A stretch of 64,000 bases of DNA from Azolla caroliniana (taxonomy: Eukaryota; Plantae; Polypodiophyta), in contig JBHGNT010000008.1 of the NCBI GenBank assembly GCA_043228905.1, forward strand, positions 11,346,001 to 11,410,000. Reading direction: 5' to 3'. The position numbers were made by a program, and so were the translations under genes. Shown here one piece after another: positions 13,813 to 26,971 of the stretch. Position 1 is the first letter of the stretch, and every line of letters starts with the position of its first letter. Under the pieces are notes generated by a model. That model made no database searches. It was not told the DNA's origin and worked only from the letters and a program-made list of their open reading frames with translations.

Positions 13813-14550
13813 TTCCTAATCTAGGGGAAGATGATATTGCTTATTTCAAATCCAGAGGAGAAGTTATTGTCTTTGGTGACATGAATGCTCGTACAAGAAG
13901 TCTCCAACTTGATTCTCAAGAATCTTTCATGCCACATATCTTAAGGATGCAAGAAGATACGCAAATGTATAGTCGCTCTTCTTGCGATGAAAAAGTTCCA
14001 GACCAATTTGGGAAGTTACTCCTACAAATGTGCAATAGTACCGGATTGCTTATTGCAAATGGTATTTCCTTATGGCCCAACACCAATGCTTTTACATGTA
14101 GAAAACACAACGGAAATAGTGTGATTGACTATGTGCTACTTTCCGAAGGTATTTTGGATCGTATACATAAATTCTCAGTTCGTGAATGGACACCGGAATC
14201 CGATCATAGGCCTTTATGTATTGATCTCAAATGTATGGATATGTTTGATTGTGAACAACTGTACTTGAGAATGAACCTTAAGTGAGCGCCCATGTATTCC
14301 AAGATGGTTGAGGATATGTTACAAATGACAAAGGTACAACATAGTGCCACAGTAGAATGCAAATGGGAAGGTTTCAAGAAAGTAATTCTCTCCTGTACAA
14401 ACAAATGTTTTTCGACCAACTGCACATCTTGGAAATGCACCAAGAAACTTAGGAAAAATTGGTTTGATAAATAATGTCATGAAGCTCGAAAGTACCTTAT
14501 GGTTTTGGATGTAGTTAAGGATAAAGAGAATTACCAAAAACATTTGCATG
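13813..14550 (+). mobile_element. LINE ORF2 5' part: APE endonuclease, RTEX-like
   Basis: VIVFGDMNAR, FTC..NGNSVIDYV, SDHRPL, WFDK*C. Frame KHLH|EYERLIQRKRR continues at 42587. Confidence 0.9.
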
Positions 14551-14845
14551 TGTCATGACCTTATGCTACATGGGTTGAGCTCTTGACCATTACACTATCT
14601 ATTATCATACGTAAGATATTATTTTTATTTAAGTTTTACTATAGAAAATTAATGTATATTCCAGATTTCTCTGGAACATTCTAGAAGCTTCATGACTACT
14701 CCTGAGAACACTATAAAAGGAGGCACAAGGCATTATTTCGAATCAAATCGGTTCAACGCTAGTCTTAAGCCTCCTAGCCTTCCTTGTATATTCTTCTCAC
14801 ATAATATATCACTGTCATCATCATTTTCTCCCTTGATCTCTCACT

Positions 14846-14884
<39 letters not shown>

Positions 14885-14985
14885 TCTCTCTCCTTCTCTC
14901 GAGTGTTCTACACCCTCTATTCCTCTTAGTACTAATATTCCTCTCTTAGTACCCATTTTTTTTTGTCTCAGTACTATTCCTGATA
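14551..14985 (+). repeat. 5' LTR of Tcn1-like element 1
   Basis: tgtcatga...cctgata. TATA at 14712. (CT)n tract. Matches 42161-42581. Confidence 0.92.
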
Positions 14986-14987
14986 GT

Positions 14988-14999
14988 TTGAACCGATTT
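14988..14999 (+). promoter_or_regulatory. Self-priming PBS
   Basis: ttgaaccgattt is the exact reverse complement of LTR 14745-14756. No TGG tRNA-type PBS present. Confidence 0.85.
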
Positions 15000-15136
15000 T
15001 CCCTCCTTCCGTCTCCTCCTTTCCTCTTCCTTTCCTCTTCTTATATATCCCCTTTTTTCTGGTCTTCTTTCCAGTTTCCCTCATCTTCTTACCCCTTTTT
15101 TCCCTTCATACTAATCCTCTTATCCTCCCTAGTAAA

Positions 15137-15640
15137 ATGGAAACTATTAGCGCTCAAGAATACCAATCTATTTTCTCAGAGCTCCAATGCTTAAAAGAGA
15201 AATTTGTAGCACTAGAACAAGAAAATCACCGTTTGTTGGGGGATTTTCAACAACACGAGGAGCTGACATTACGTGTACAACAACTTGAAGCGATTATTGT
15301 ATCACTTCAACAACAAGGATCAAGCACTCAAGGGATTCACAAAGAACCCAAGATCGGTCTTCCTACAAAATTTGATGGGACCCAATCATAGTTTAGAGGT
15401 TTTCTGAATCAAGTACGTTTAGTGATTCAAATGCATCCTTCTCGATATCCCACCGATACATCACAAGTGGGACTAGTAGGCACTCTACTTAGTGGCTCAA
15501 CATTGGCATGGTTCACTCTATTGTTAGAAAAAGAATCTTCATTACTAAACAATTTTGAAGATTTTATAAGTGAGTTTAAAGCTTGTTTTGGAGATACTGA
15601 CAGCATAAGGACAACAATCAACAAAATCCGATGATTATGT
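15137..15640 (+). pseudogene. gag: gag N-terminal part, element 1 (resumes at 26972)
   Basis: METISAQEY..EPKIGLPTKFDG..LLSGSTLAWF..FGD. Confidence 0.88.
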
Positions 15641-16185
15641 TATCGTGAAGATCCGTTAGTACGTGCGGATCGTGAGGCAGAACCACTGGGGTCCTGGACC
15701 GGAAAGATTCGAAGTTTGCACTAACTTTAGCGAGAAAGTATTTAAGATAGATTGAGAGAGATTGATATGACGAAAGAGAGATATTGAGATAAATATTGAA
15801 CTTTTAACTTTTAGATTTAAGAGAGAAGATACATCAACAATAGGATTAAAAGTTTCTTATTTTTCATTAGTTTCATTTGCTTGAATCCTCCACTCTTTTA
15901 TAGATGCCCCCATGCATATAGTGCATGTGAGGGTGCAAGACATGCATGTAATCCATTAAATGCATGCTTGCCATGTCATCATCTAAGCTCTCATGTATGA
16001 GAATTTACATGTAAAAGTATAATGATAAAAATATAGCTTTTAAGGAAATGACTTGGCTTAATGGTAAGTATATTGCTTCCTATCTTTGAGGTGTAAGGCT
16101 TGCTCACATCCCTTTTATAAACTCAAAATACTACTAGGCTTTTGGTCTTGTATTTACACCGAAAATCTTCAAAACACCATGCATC

Positions 16186-16780
16186 GTGATCAACCGACCG
16201 ATCCATTTGTCCCAATTGGTTCAATTTGATCGTATCCGTCGCCATCTGGTCTCGGTCTCGCCATCTCGCCAGTCGCCGCCTCACCGGATCCGTCCGGTTT
16301 CGGTCGGCCAAAACTTATACAAGTAGTTAAGCCACACCCATTGATCTAGTTAGTTTAGCTCAAGTCACCTTGAACATTCTATGATCCACCGACCGACCAG
16401 TTAGTTTAGCTCAATCCGATCCCGATTCGATCCTGTCCGTCGCCATCTAGTCCCGGTCTCGCCGTCTCGCCGGTCGCCGCCTCGTCGCCTCGCCAGATCT
16501 GTCTGGTTCTGGTCGGTCAAAACTTATACAAGTAGTTAGGCCACACCCATTGATCTGGTTAGTTTAGCTCAAGTCACCTTGCACCGTGATCAACCGACCG
16601 ATCCGTCTGTCCCGATCGGTTCAATCCAATCCCGATCCGATCCTAGTCTCGCTGTCTTGCCAGTCGCCGCCTCGTCGGATCCGTCCGGTTCCGATCGACC
16701 ATAACTTATACAAGTAGTTAGGCCACACCCATTGATCTGGTTAGTTTAGCTCAAGTCACCTTGAACATTCTATGATCCAC
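16186..16780. repeat. Three ~200-bp tandem units within LTR A
   Basis: Recurring accgaccga...tctcgcc..gtcgccgcctc...aacttatacaagtagtta.gccacacccattgatct. Confidence 0.85.
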
Positions 16781-17429
16781 TCATAAACACAAAGTAATAG
16801 ATTTTGGCCCAGCTTATATACTCTGGGATCCTTATTTGTCCTATCTATGTGGGATATCTCGTAGTTTTATTTTTTCTCTTCATCTTCGTAAACTTCACAC
16901 TCACATAACTTGACACTAAGTTGTCCATTTCACATGTAGTAAAATGCATTCGGAAGCTCTTGAAGACATCTATCTTTTCGTAGCAAGATATTAAAGCTAA
17001 TATAAAATAGTATCTTTACTATTATTGTTTCATCTCTTGTGTGAAGAACCACACTCGATTTTGTACATTCCTCGCAATTTTCATACCATTACCAAAAATC
17101 TTCACAACATCCACCCCCACCAAATCGCACATCCTCTGGTACGTGCCAAGAAGAGAGAGTGTGAGATTTCGGCTATGGTGATCAGTACAGTATGATTCCT
17201 CCATTTTGAGCATGTCCATTTCTTTCACTCGAATCATTGTCACCACCCATTCCACCATATCATTGGCTTTTTCTTTGATATACCATGAATAATCGTCACG
17301 GCCCCTTCTTCTCTTTCCGAACATAATTGTTTAGGTTTTATGCATGTTCCAACTTTGTCCCAATCGTCTCCTTGCTCAAGGCACTTGAAGGTACTACATG
17401 GGGTAGTCAATGTCATTTTTGTTTTGTGT

Positions 17430-18957
17430 CTAAATAATGACATTGGCTACCCCATGTAGTACCTTCAAGTGCATGCCCACTTTGAGATCCTTATGCGACC
17501 ATGCTCTATATTTCTCACTTTGTCCAGTTTCATGATACAATCTCATGTTAGAGTTGAAAATCTTCACACTAGCGTCTTTGCTAGATGTTTTGATCACATT
17601 CTTCGGATCATGATGGCTCGCTTGGCCATCGTTATCCCTTGTCATACTCGGCTCAGACTCTTTGTTGTACGCATCAGCTTTTGTCTCTATGCTTTGCTTG
17701 ACCTCTTCCTCCCACACATCAGCTTCAACCCTTGCTTCTTCGTCGTCACTGTCCTTCTCTTGGGTCTTACATTGGTTAATGCCCAAGTCTCTAGAGCGAG
17801 TGTGGAGAGATCCATATGTATTTGTCGGCCACTCCCCAACATTGTTATTTGCAGCAGCTTGGACCTTTGCTTCCCCGCCACCATCTTCTGTCTCTTGGGC
17901 CTCACGTTGGCTTTGAAACACAACTGCCAAAGTCTCTAGAACATGTGCGAAGGAATCTATTTTGTCTTTGGTCAATTGCCTTCAACACCTTTGTCTTGAT
18001 GTCATCTTTCACATAAGATTTGAACTCCCCCTTGCTGCTACCTTCCGTCTCTTGGGTCTTCTATTGGTTCTCGGACACAACTACCCAAGTCTCTGGAACC
18101 AGTGTGGGGAAAGTCTTGTCATTGCCATCATTCACTATCGACTCGTCCATATCTATCTTCGCCTCAATGTTGTGCACACCATCTTGGTCCTTCCCCTTAC
18201 TACCACCTTCTATCTCTTGGGTCTCACGTTGGCTCTCTATAACTGCCCAAGTCTCTAGAACTTGTGAGAAGGAATCCTCGGCACGGCAATCTGCCATTAA
18301 ATCTTCCATAGCCACCTCTAACTCGATGTCATTTTTCGCGGCTATCTCTTCAATCTCATGGGCCAAGTACCCATTGAACCTCTTGATCGAGCAAGCTTTG
18401 ATCATGCTTCTCTCTTCGTCACATGTATTCGTTTCGACCTTCGGATCCTCGCCGACACCTTCCGTCTCTTGGGTCTCACGTTGGTTCTTGGACACAACTG
18501 CCCAAGTCTCTGGAACAAGTGTGGAGAAAACGCAGCCGTGATCGTTGTCGACGCTTATTGTCTTGTTCATATCCTCCTCCTCGATGTGGATTTTAGAGGC
18601 TAGATCCTCCATCATGTCAATCTCACACTCTTTATCTCCCTTAATGCAAGCTTAGATTAGGCTTGATTTTTGAATGTGTGAGAAGGAATCCCCGACATGG
18701 CAATTTGCCATTAATTCTTCCTCCATCATGTCGATCTCACACTCTTTATCTCCCTTAATGCAAGCTTCAATTAGGCTTGCTTCTTCATCATCCCGAAACA
18801 TTTGTCCTCCTTTGAAGTGGCCTTCGCTGTCCTCGAGTCATCATCAATCTTCTTTTCCTGTAGGATGCGTTGTTTAGTCAGCTCGACTTCTTTAGATGGT
18901 CTTGATTTTTCTACGTTTGGTCTTACCAAGTCAATATCATCAAGCCATTGACGACGT
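17430..18957 (-). pseudogene. Gag continuation with acidic repeat coding region, element A
   Basis: Frame NMLDKLDK|RRQWLDDID rejoins across element B. Repeated (V)LETWAV..SQRETQE motif. Confidence 0.7.
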
Positions 18958-19859
18958 TGTTGTGCCTTTCGGCTCCAGATCATGGCATGAGTCGGGTGGG
19001 AACCACTGAGGTTTTGGACTAGGAGAAAGAAGAATACAATATAAGGCTAGTTATGAATAGGTAGAAAGAGAAGTAAGAAATAAAACTTGTGAATCCCACA
19101 TGTTTAGTGTATTTAATCAATATTTAGATTGTAAGAAAGAGAAATTTGATGATAAAGTCGTGAATCCCACGAATATATTAGATTGATCAATCCTTGTAAA
19201 ATAATTAACAACATTACACATCTTTCTCTCCTCCTTATATAAGGATGGAAGAGGCTAAGCATAAATAACTTCATGCTTTTTCTAAAGTGTTCATGCACAC
19301 TAAATGTGCCTGAGTTCCTTTTTACACTATGTTTTTATTTCCTAAATATAGTGCTCATGCTCGCTAGATGTGCACGAGTAATTTTTTATTGGCGTGCATT
19401 TTTCTTATAAATAAAGTATTACCACATTCTAAAAATGCATGACTTACCTTTTAATAAAGGTAGGCGTAAATAAAGGTCTTATATGTATTAAATCTATATT
19501 TAGAACACTTCGGATAAGTTAGTACAATGGTAAGGTTGGGGTCTGTCTACATAGAGGTATAGGGTTCAAATCTTGCCCTATGCATGCAAAAATCTTTTCT
19601 TCTATTTATAAATTTATCTCTTCATCCAGTGAGAGACTCTCACCGGCCTTCTTTATCCGGCTCTTGCCGCTTTTGCTTGATTCGGTTCTTACGTGGTCCT
19701 CCTTCATCTGGTTCTCACCGGTTCTCCTTACTGGGTCCTCCTTACGGTTCCTCCTTGTCCCATCCGGAGGAACCAAAATGCAATTTTCACGTTGTCTGAG
19801 AATTACACTATGACACTCGCCCCCTCCAAACCCGCACATCCTCCGGTATGTGCCGAAGT

Positions 19860-22800
19860 TCCCGATGCTCATTATTCGCCTTCATCCGTAGCACTCTCTG
19901 ATTCTCCCCTTATGTCGACTACGAGTTTAAGTCCACTTTCTTCGCTTTCCCCATCAACGCGATCTTTGTCCGGTTGCTCCTCGTTGTCGGTCTTGTCTAG
20001 GGTTAGGTTTATCGTCCGTCCGCTTCTTGAAGATCTTTCCCCGTTTCCCCGCTATAGGCACTCATAGTATCGTTCCATCGAACTCACATAGTCAGTAAGT
20101 TTCGTTGTCGAAAACTTTCCGAACCTCGTATGGCCCGAACCACCTTTTCGCAAACTTCCGTATCGTTGTATGTTGATGATCCAAACTACTGTCATAGACA
20201 ATCACCCAATCTCCTTCTTCAATCTTCCGTGGTCGAAGTCGATGCTTTGTGTCGAACCGGCATTTGTTCCAGAATCGCGTTTCTTGTTGTCGGCGTGTTG
20301 CTTCCGCTATGTCTTTCGGTCTTCCCTCTAGTTGTCGTATCCGGACCGCTAGTAGTTCTTCCCGGCTCATCTCTTCCTTCCACGGTAGCATTGTCCATGT
20401 CGTGATCGCGGTTTCCGTCGGCATTACTAGTGCTTGTCCGGTCATAAGTTTTGTTGGCATATAACCGGTTACAGAGCTATGCGTCGTCCGATCCGCCCAT
20501 AGTGCATACGGGAGCATCTGCGGCCAATTCTTCACCCTTCCGTCGCATGCTTTGGCAAATGCTTTGATGATCGGACTATGTCCTCGTTCGATTTTCCTGT
20601 TGGCCTCCGAATTGTATGTCGTTGTTAGTGTTAACCGAACTCCATGTTTGGTGAAGAATTCCCTACCTTTATCGAAGTCGAGTTCTCCCTGATCCGCAAT
20701 CACTTGTCCTACGCACCCGTACCTACAAAACACTTCCTCCAAAAGAAATTGGCATATTGTAGAACACATTTTCCTTCATAGCACTTGACCTTCTACTTGA
20801 TTTGTGAGATCTTCCCGAGCTAACACCAAGTACTTCTTTTGTTCAATCCCGGTTGGCATGGCTACAGTGTCGACCATCCATTTGAAATTGATTGTCGGTG
20901 AGAATGTCAGATGTAACTCATTTCGGTGTTGAACTCCAGAGTAGATTTGACAGTTCTCAAAGCTTTCCATGAACTCCACTATATCTTTGTACATATTCTT
21001 CCACCAATATTTTTGTTTGATTTTCACAAAAGTTGCCCATGTCCCTCGATGTCCAGCCCAATCGGATTCGTGAAACTTGGACATTATCCGGTTTTGTTGC
21101 TCTTTTGTCCGTACTACCCGAAGTGCTATGCCATCCGGTCTTTTCGGCTCCCTCCATATTAATCCATTTTTCAAGAAGAACTTTTGGACTTGCCTCTTCT
21201 TCCTTCGGATCTCAACTCTCTTCTCTTTATTGTCTGATGATTCCTCAATCTCTTATAGCACCTTCCCGATCATCAAGCTTTCTCCCTCGTATTCTTCTTC
21301 TTGGAATTCTCAGATTACGTTTACTCGGCGGCATATGTGCTCCGAAGCAAAGTAGTCTTCAGAAACTTCTTCATTATCGAATTCGGCTATGTCATCTCCG
21401 AACCGAGCCCTTAATAGCATATCCGCTACCACGTTGTCTTTTCCAGAGATGTGTCGTACGTCTGGGTTAAGCGACTTAACATATGCAATCCATCTTAGCA
21501 TAGGCACATCCGGTATCGTGCAACACCGCATCATCCCGAGTATCGGAAGACAATCCATTTCGATCACTACTTCAGCTCCGATCAAATAATCTCGACTCGA
21601 TTTGATTGCCGACAGGACTCCCCATAATTCTCTTTTGACTTGTGCATATCTGTGTAGCCTTCATTGAGAACCTTAGCTCCAAATCAGATCGGATATTGGA
21701 AACCATCTGAGTGAACTTGATTGATGACCCATCCGATCCCGGTTGGACTTGTATCAACCGTTACTATGATCGGTCACTCATAGCTCGGCTTCTTAAGTGC
21801 TTCAGCCCTCCATAGTGTTTTCTTGAGCTTCTTCATGGCTTTGGTGTGTTCCGGTTTCCATTCGAACTTCTTCCCCTTTCGCAATAAGTGATAGAGTGGG
21901 TCCGCAATATGTGCATAATGCGGAATCCATTGTGATAAAATGCACAAGCTCCAAGAAACCTTCGGACTTGCATACTTCTTTTATAGCTTGAATCGCATCG
22001 ATCTTGGTTGGTGACAGTCTTCGGCCGTAGGGCCCAGTAAGATGTTCGACTACCAATATCTCTTCTTGCCCGAATGCCGATTTCTCCTCAGAAAGTGTTA
22101 GGTGCACATCTTCTAACTTTCGAAGCACTTTCTCGCAATCACGAATATGGTTGACTACGAACTTTCGGCATCCCCGATCATCCATAGTTTTATCTTTTTC
22201 ATCTACCGCGCATCCTTTCATCGGAATGTCATCTAGGAATGGCATTGTTATCTCCGGAATGCAATCTCGAAGCACCTTGTTCATCGCGTTCATCATATGT
22301 GCAACCGAGTTTGTTGCTCCTTGTGGTAGTGTGCACATTCGGACTAATCCTATCGGTGTCCGCATGGTAGTGATGTCTCAGCTCTCCATGGCTAGTTGGA
22401 ATTGGTCATACCCTGAGTATAGGTCTCCGATGGAGTATATCGCGCCACCGCCAAATGCTTCTGCAAATTCGTCCACTATCGGACCGACTCAAGAGTTCCG
22501 GATCGTGACCTTGTTCACCGGTTGCAAATCTTGGTTAATCGGAGTGACCCATTCTTCTTCAGAACCGTAAACCATCGATTTGAGTATGGAGCGTTTGATG
22601 GCTCTTGAATCCCCATCGCCACCTTCTCCTTGAGCAAGTCGATGATTTTGGGAATATGCGCCTGCGGCACCGGAATCGGCTTCAGGTTCCATGACACATG
22701 GTCAATCATGAAGATCACCTTCGGCTCCACTATCTTCGGATCAACGCACCCTATCTCCTTCGATGTGAATGCAAATGCTTTACCATGTTGTTCCAACATC

Positions 22801-25340
22801 CCACGGAATCGTTCTTCATTTTGTAAAAGGAAACCACCTCCACCGATCTGAAGTTTCTTCCGGGTCTCATCCGTGAAGGCATGTCCGATATCCACGGACT
22901 TCCGAAGTGTCGGATCTCCCGAGACTTCTTTCCTCTTTTTCTCGCTATCGGCAGGTAACGGTCCCGTGGCCGGTTTCACTTTCTTCTCCACGGTCTTGTA
23001 TTTTGTACTTACCATTGCTTCTTCTTTGCGGAGCGCATCCGGCCCCATTTACGCAATGATCTCATACATCTCGACCGATTCCATTGGGACTACCCGGTCT
23101 CCTTGGCTTTTATCCTCCACAAGCTCTTCAAGTCGTTGTAGCGTGCTCCCATAGAACACTTCTTTGACTACCCCCATGATTTCTTCGTCTTCTTTTATTA
23201 TTGATGCCTCTACTTTTATTATTGACCGCAACTTATCCTCTACTTTTCGGTATTCTTTCTTCTTTCCTCCGGTTACGGCCGTGTACGTAGATGCCCCATC
23301 CGGACCTATTCGTACTTGTTTTGCTCCGAGAGTTTTCTTCTTGTGTGGGGTATCAGGGCTTCTCAGACTATCACTTCCCCACTCCGCAACAGTCCGCTCT
23401 AAAAATCCATCCTTGTTTGGGACAAGAGCTCTCTCTTGTTCCTTTCATGATTTGCTAGCACAGTTAGGAATTGGACGGATTTCCCTCCGCTTTGGCTCCG
23501 AATTCGTGTGAAAGCCGCACCGCTATCGAGCACCTTTGTCTCCATCTGTGAAGCCGTGATAAAGGGTTGCCTGAGGATCATGGAATGTGAGACCTTGTCT
23601 TGTACGAAGACATTTTGGTCAATCTCCACATCCCCGATCTTCACCGTCACATCCAGACAAGCCGCAAATAGATCTTCCATCCATGGTTAGTGTTTATAGG
23701 CCACTTCCCCTTCTGGTAGAACTCCTTGGATATCAAATTGATCTATGATCCGTGATCAATCAATGCTAGCACGGGCTCTTTGATGTTGCCGATTTGGACT
23801 GAAGTCTCCGTAGTTGCACGTGCCCAATGTGGCTTTGTGTAGTGGGAGTTCAGAATTTCGTCCCCCACTTCAGTGTCATTCATCAAAACCGTGTTCGCAT
23901 TTACCCTTCGAGTGTTCTCCTTCGTACTTTGTCTTTTTCTCTTCATGAGATCCACAAGAAGATCATGGAACTCCTTCTTCGCTATTCCGAGTAATTCCTC
24001 AAGCGAAAATTCCACCTAGCTATCGAGGATTCTCTCCTCGAACACTTTTTTCAAGTCCGTTTGTTGCTCGATGTCCGAGGCGAGTTTGAATGCCGGAATC
24101 GTCTTTTCTTTCCCCTTCCCTCTGGAGTTCCAGCTTTCAAGTGTCTTTGATGGTCCGACCGCATCATCCATGCGCCGTGGTTTCTCGTCTACATACACCT
24201 CTACGTACACTATTCTTATCAACAAGGCACTCCCATCCCGTAGCTTCTCGGATGCCTTCCGCGGTGCTTCGGATATCATTGGAATTGGTTTTCTCGGGGT
24301 TTTCTAGCACTTCTGGCCAAAAAGACACCTTTGCTCCCGATAACTCCCCGACACGTATTCTCGCGGTTGTCGCATAATTGCTTTTCGCCGCTATTTCCTC
24401 CTCGAGGACCTTCATTATGCTGCCTTTCTAGAAGTTTGGTCGGAGTGGCTTCTAAGAGTCCATCGAATGGATCCAATTTCCCTCGTAGTAGATAAGATCT
24501 CGTCGTAACGCCTCCTTGTGGTCGTTGCAATCCCTCCGATCATGTTCGGTGCTATCATACCATATACACTGACGGTCCATATACTTGGAACTTGTGGGAT
24601 GGTCATCTGACTTCTTCGCCATCGTGAGTTTCAGATTCTCCATCCCCTTCAACAACTTCTCCACCGTGGTTGCGTCGATTCCCTTCTCGGTCGAGCCCGT
24701 AGTTGATGGTCTTCCAATCCGGATCTCGGTTCCGAAACCCTCTTTTCTTCGATAGCAAGCCATAGCCCCCTCTTTTTGTATTGTGCGATGATATCTCGCA
24801 CATTATCCCATGTATCGGTGAGGCCACTCTCGGTGGACGTGTCCTCCAAAAGCACTCCAAGGTCTTTCTGGTCTTTCCGGTCTTTCCGGTCCCGGACGTC
24901 CATGGCTCGTAGGAACATGATATCTCGCAGACAACCTCCCGAATTGACTTTCGAATAACGAAAACACATCAAGGACCTTCATCCCCTTATCTGGTGTTTC
25001 CACCCAATCTTCGAAGCCCCTCCTCGTTGCCTTGGAGGAGTCCTCAATGGCGAACGTGGTCTTTAGCACCTCTTCAAATGCCTCCCACGTCGGATTTTGC
25101 TGCCGTATCCCATGACTCCCTTGAAGCCCGTCGGTCGCCACTCGGTTGAAGGATGTCACTTGGAGTCCTTTTGAAACCCCGCATCGTAGCATTTCCGCCT
25201 TGTAATCTCACAAATATTGCGACGCGTCTTTTCCGTTGAATTGCCTGTTCCGTTGCATGAGCCGCTCTACTACCGCCGCAATCTCCGACATTGCGCGTTG
25301 TTCTTGTAGCATCCACTCAAACATCTCCATATTGTTGGTA
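19860..25340 (-). pseudogene. gag-pol of element B
   Basis: PR ALIDHGS, RT LPQGATNSV..FLDD, RH RWIAYVK..NVVADML, INT GHRG..YWW..C and ADQGE..KIERGH..ALWADR. Frameshifts present. Confidence 0.9.
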
Positions 25341-25376
25341 GCCCCCGGTTGATTTTCCATCTCCTTGCCACCTAGT

Positions 25377-25394
25377 TTCACGTCGGGTTCACCA
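25377..25394 (-). promoter_or_regulatory. PBS, tRNA-Trp
   Basis: Plus strand ttcacgtcgggttcacca matches the 3' 18 nt of plant tRNA-Trp(CCA) as I recall it. It lies 4 nt from the LTR. Confidence 0.8.
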
Positions 25395-26251
25395 CTTGTG
25401 TCGTGCCTTTTGGCTCCGGATCATTGCGTGAGTCGGGTGGGAACCACTAAGGTTTTGGACTAGGAGAAAGAAGAATACAATATAAGGCTAGTTATGAATA
25501 GGTAGAAAGAGAAGTAAGAAATAAAACTTACGAATCCCACGTGTTTAGTGTATTTAATCAATATTTAGATTGTAAGAAAGAGAAATTTGATGATAAAGTC
25601 ATGAATCCCACGAATATATTAGATTGATCAATCCTTGTAAAATAATTAACAACATTATACATCTTTCTCTCCTCCTTATATAAGGATGGAAGAGGCTAAG
25701 CATAGCTTCATGCTTTTTCTAAAGTGTTCATGCACACTAAATGTGCCTAAGTTCCTTTTTACACTATACTATTTTTTCCTAAATATAGTGCTCATGCTCG
25801 CTAGATGTGCATGACTGATTTTTTATTGGTGTACATTTTCCTTATAAATAAAGTATTAACGCATTCTAAAAATGCATGACTTACCTTTGAATAAAGGTAG
25901 GCGTAAATAAAGGTCTTATACGTATTAAATCTATATTTAGAACACTTCGGATAAGTTAGTACAATGGTAAGGTTGGGGTCTGTTTACGTGGAGATACAGG
26001 GTTTGAATACTGCCCTATGCATGTAACAATCTTTTTTTCTATTTATAAATTTGTCTCTTCATCCGGTGAGAGACTCTCACCGGCCTCCTTTATCCGGCTC
26101 TTGCCGGTTTTGCTTGATCCGGTTCTCACTGGTTCTCCTTACCGGTCCTCCTTCATCCATTTCTCACCGATTCTCCTTACTGGTTCCTCCTTGTCCCATT
26201 CGGAGGAACCAAAATGCAATTTTCACGTAGTGTGCGAATTACACTATGACA

Positions 26252-26637
26252 ACGCTTGTCAAGCTTGTCAAGCATGTTGCATGCTCGCTTCACCGCAATC
26301 CACTCTGCCACAAGTCCGTTCACTTGGGTATCATCTTCGAGGAGAGTCCCCAATTCTCTTCTATCCTTCATGTCCACGGCTTTCAAGAAGTACAAAGTCT
26401 TGTCCTCCTCAAGCAACACTTGGTCCGTGTTCGGGAGACGACTAAACATTTGGTCGAACTCTTAGTACACCCTCGAAGCGCTCATCCTCTTATTCTTCTT
26501 TTCTATCCACTTCATCAAAGCATGTCGAGTCATCCTCAACAAATCTTCTGTCGCGAACTCCGCTAATATCGCTTTCTCGAACACGGACCATGTTGTTTTG
26601 CCTTCTTGAAGCTCGATGACGCGTCTTTGGATGACGC
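26252..26637 (-). pseudogene. gag: gag N-terminal fragment of element A
   Basis: TWSVFEKAILAEF..FLKAVDMKDRRELGTLLED, paralogous to element B gag (TWEAFEEVLKTTF..FLRAMDVRDRKDLGVLLED). Confidence 0.85.
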
Positions 26638-26971
26638 CTTCAAAACACCATGCACTGCGATCAACTGACCGATCTTTCTGTCCCGACCAGTTTAATTTGA
26701 TCCTGTCCATTGCCATCTGGTCCCGTTCTCACCGTCTCGTCGTCTCGCCGGCTCCGTCCAGTCGTCGTCTGGTTCCCGTCGGCCAAAACCTTTCACATGT
26801 AGTAAAATGCATTCAGAAGGTCTTGAAGACATCCATCTTTTCATACCAAGATATTAAGCTAATCTAAAATAGTATCTTCACTATTATTGTTTCATCTCTC
26901 GTGTGAAGGACCACACTCGATTTTGTACATTCCTCGCAATTTTCACACCATTGCCAAAAATCTTCACGACA

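Larger units (their letters stand above)
18958..26251 (-). mobile_element. Phygy-like Gypsy element B, full-length but degenerate
   Basis: LTRs 18958-19815 and 25399-26251. 4-bp TSD acgt/acgc. Reverse PPT 19816-19827. tRNA-Trp PBS. Confidence 0.92.
15641..26971 (-). mobile_element. Phygy-like Gypsy element A, non-autonomous
   Basis: Terminal inverted repeat t(a)tcgtgaagat / atcttcacgaca. 3' LTR 15641-17110, reverse PPT tccaccccc at 17111, partial 5' LTR ~26638-26971. Probable 4-bp TSD atgt/acgc. Gag present, no pol. Confidence 0.8.

Noticed and set aside
17760-18520. CRISPR-like repeat-spacer pattern (also 61965-62715)
   Set aside because: Repeats are degenerate, spacers are long, uneven and related, the context is eukaryotic TE, and no cas genes are present.
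18958-18982. Apparent shared-LTR tandem element with a second PBS
   Set aside because: The shared bases belong to LTR B. The corrected boundary gives a 4-bp TSD and restores the host gag frame.
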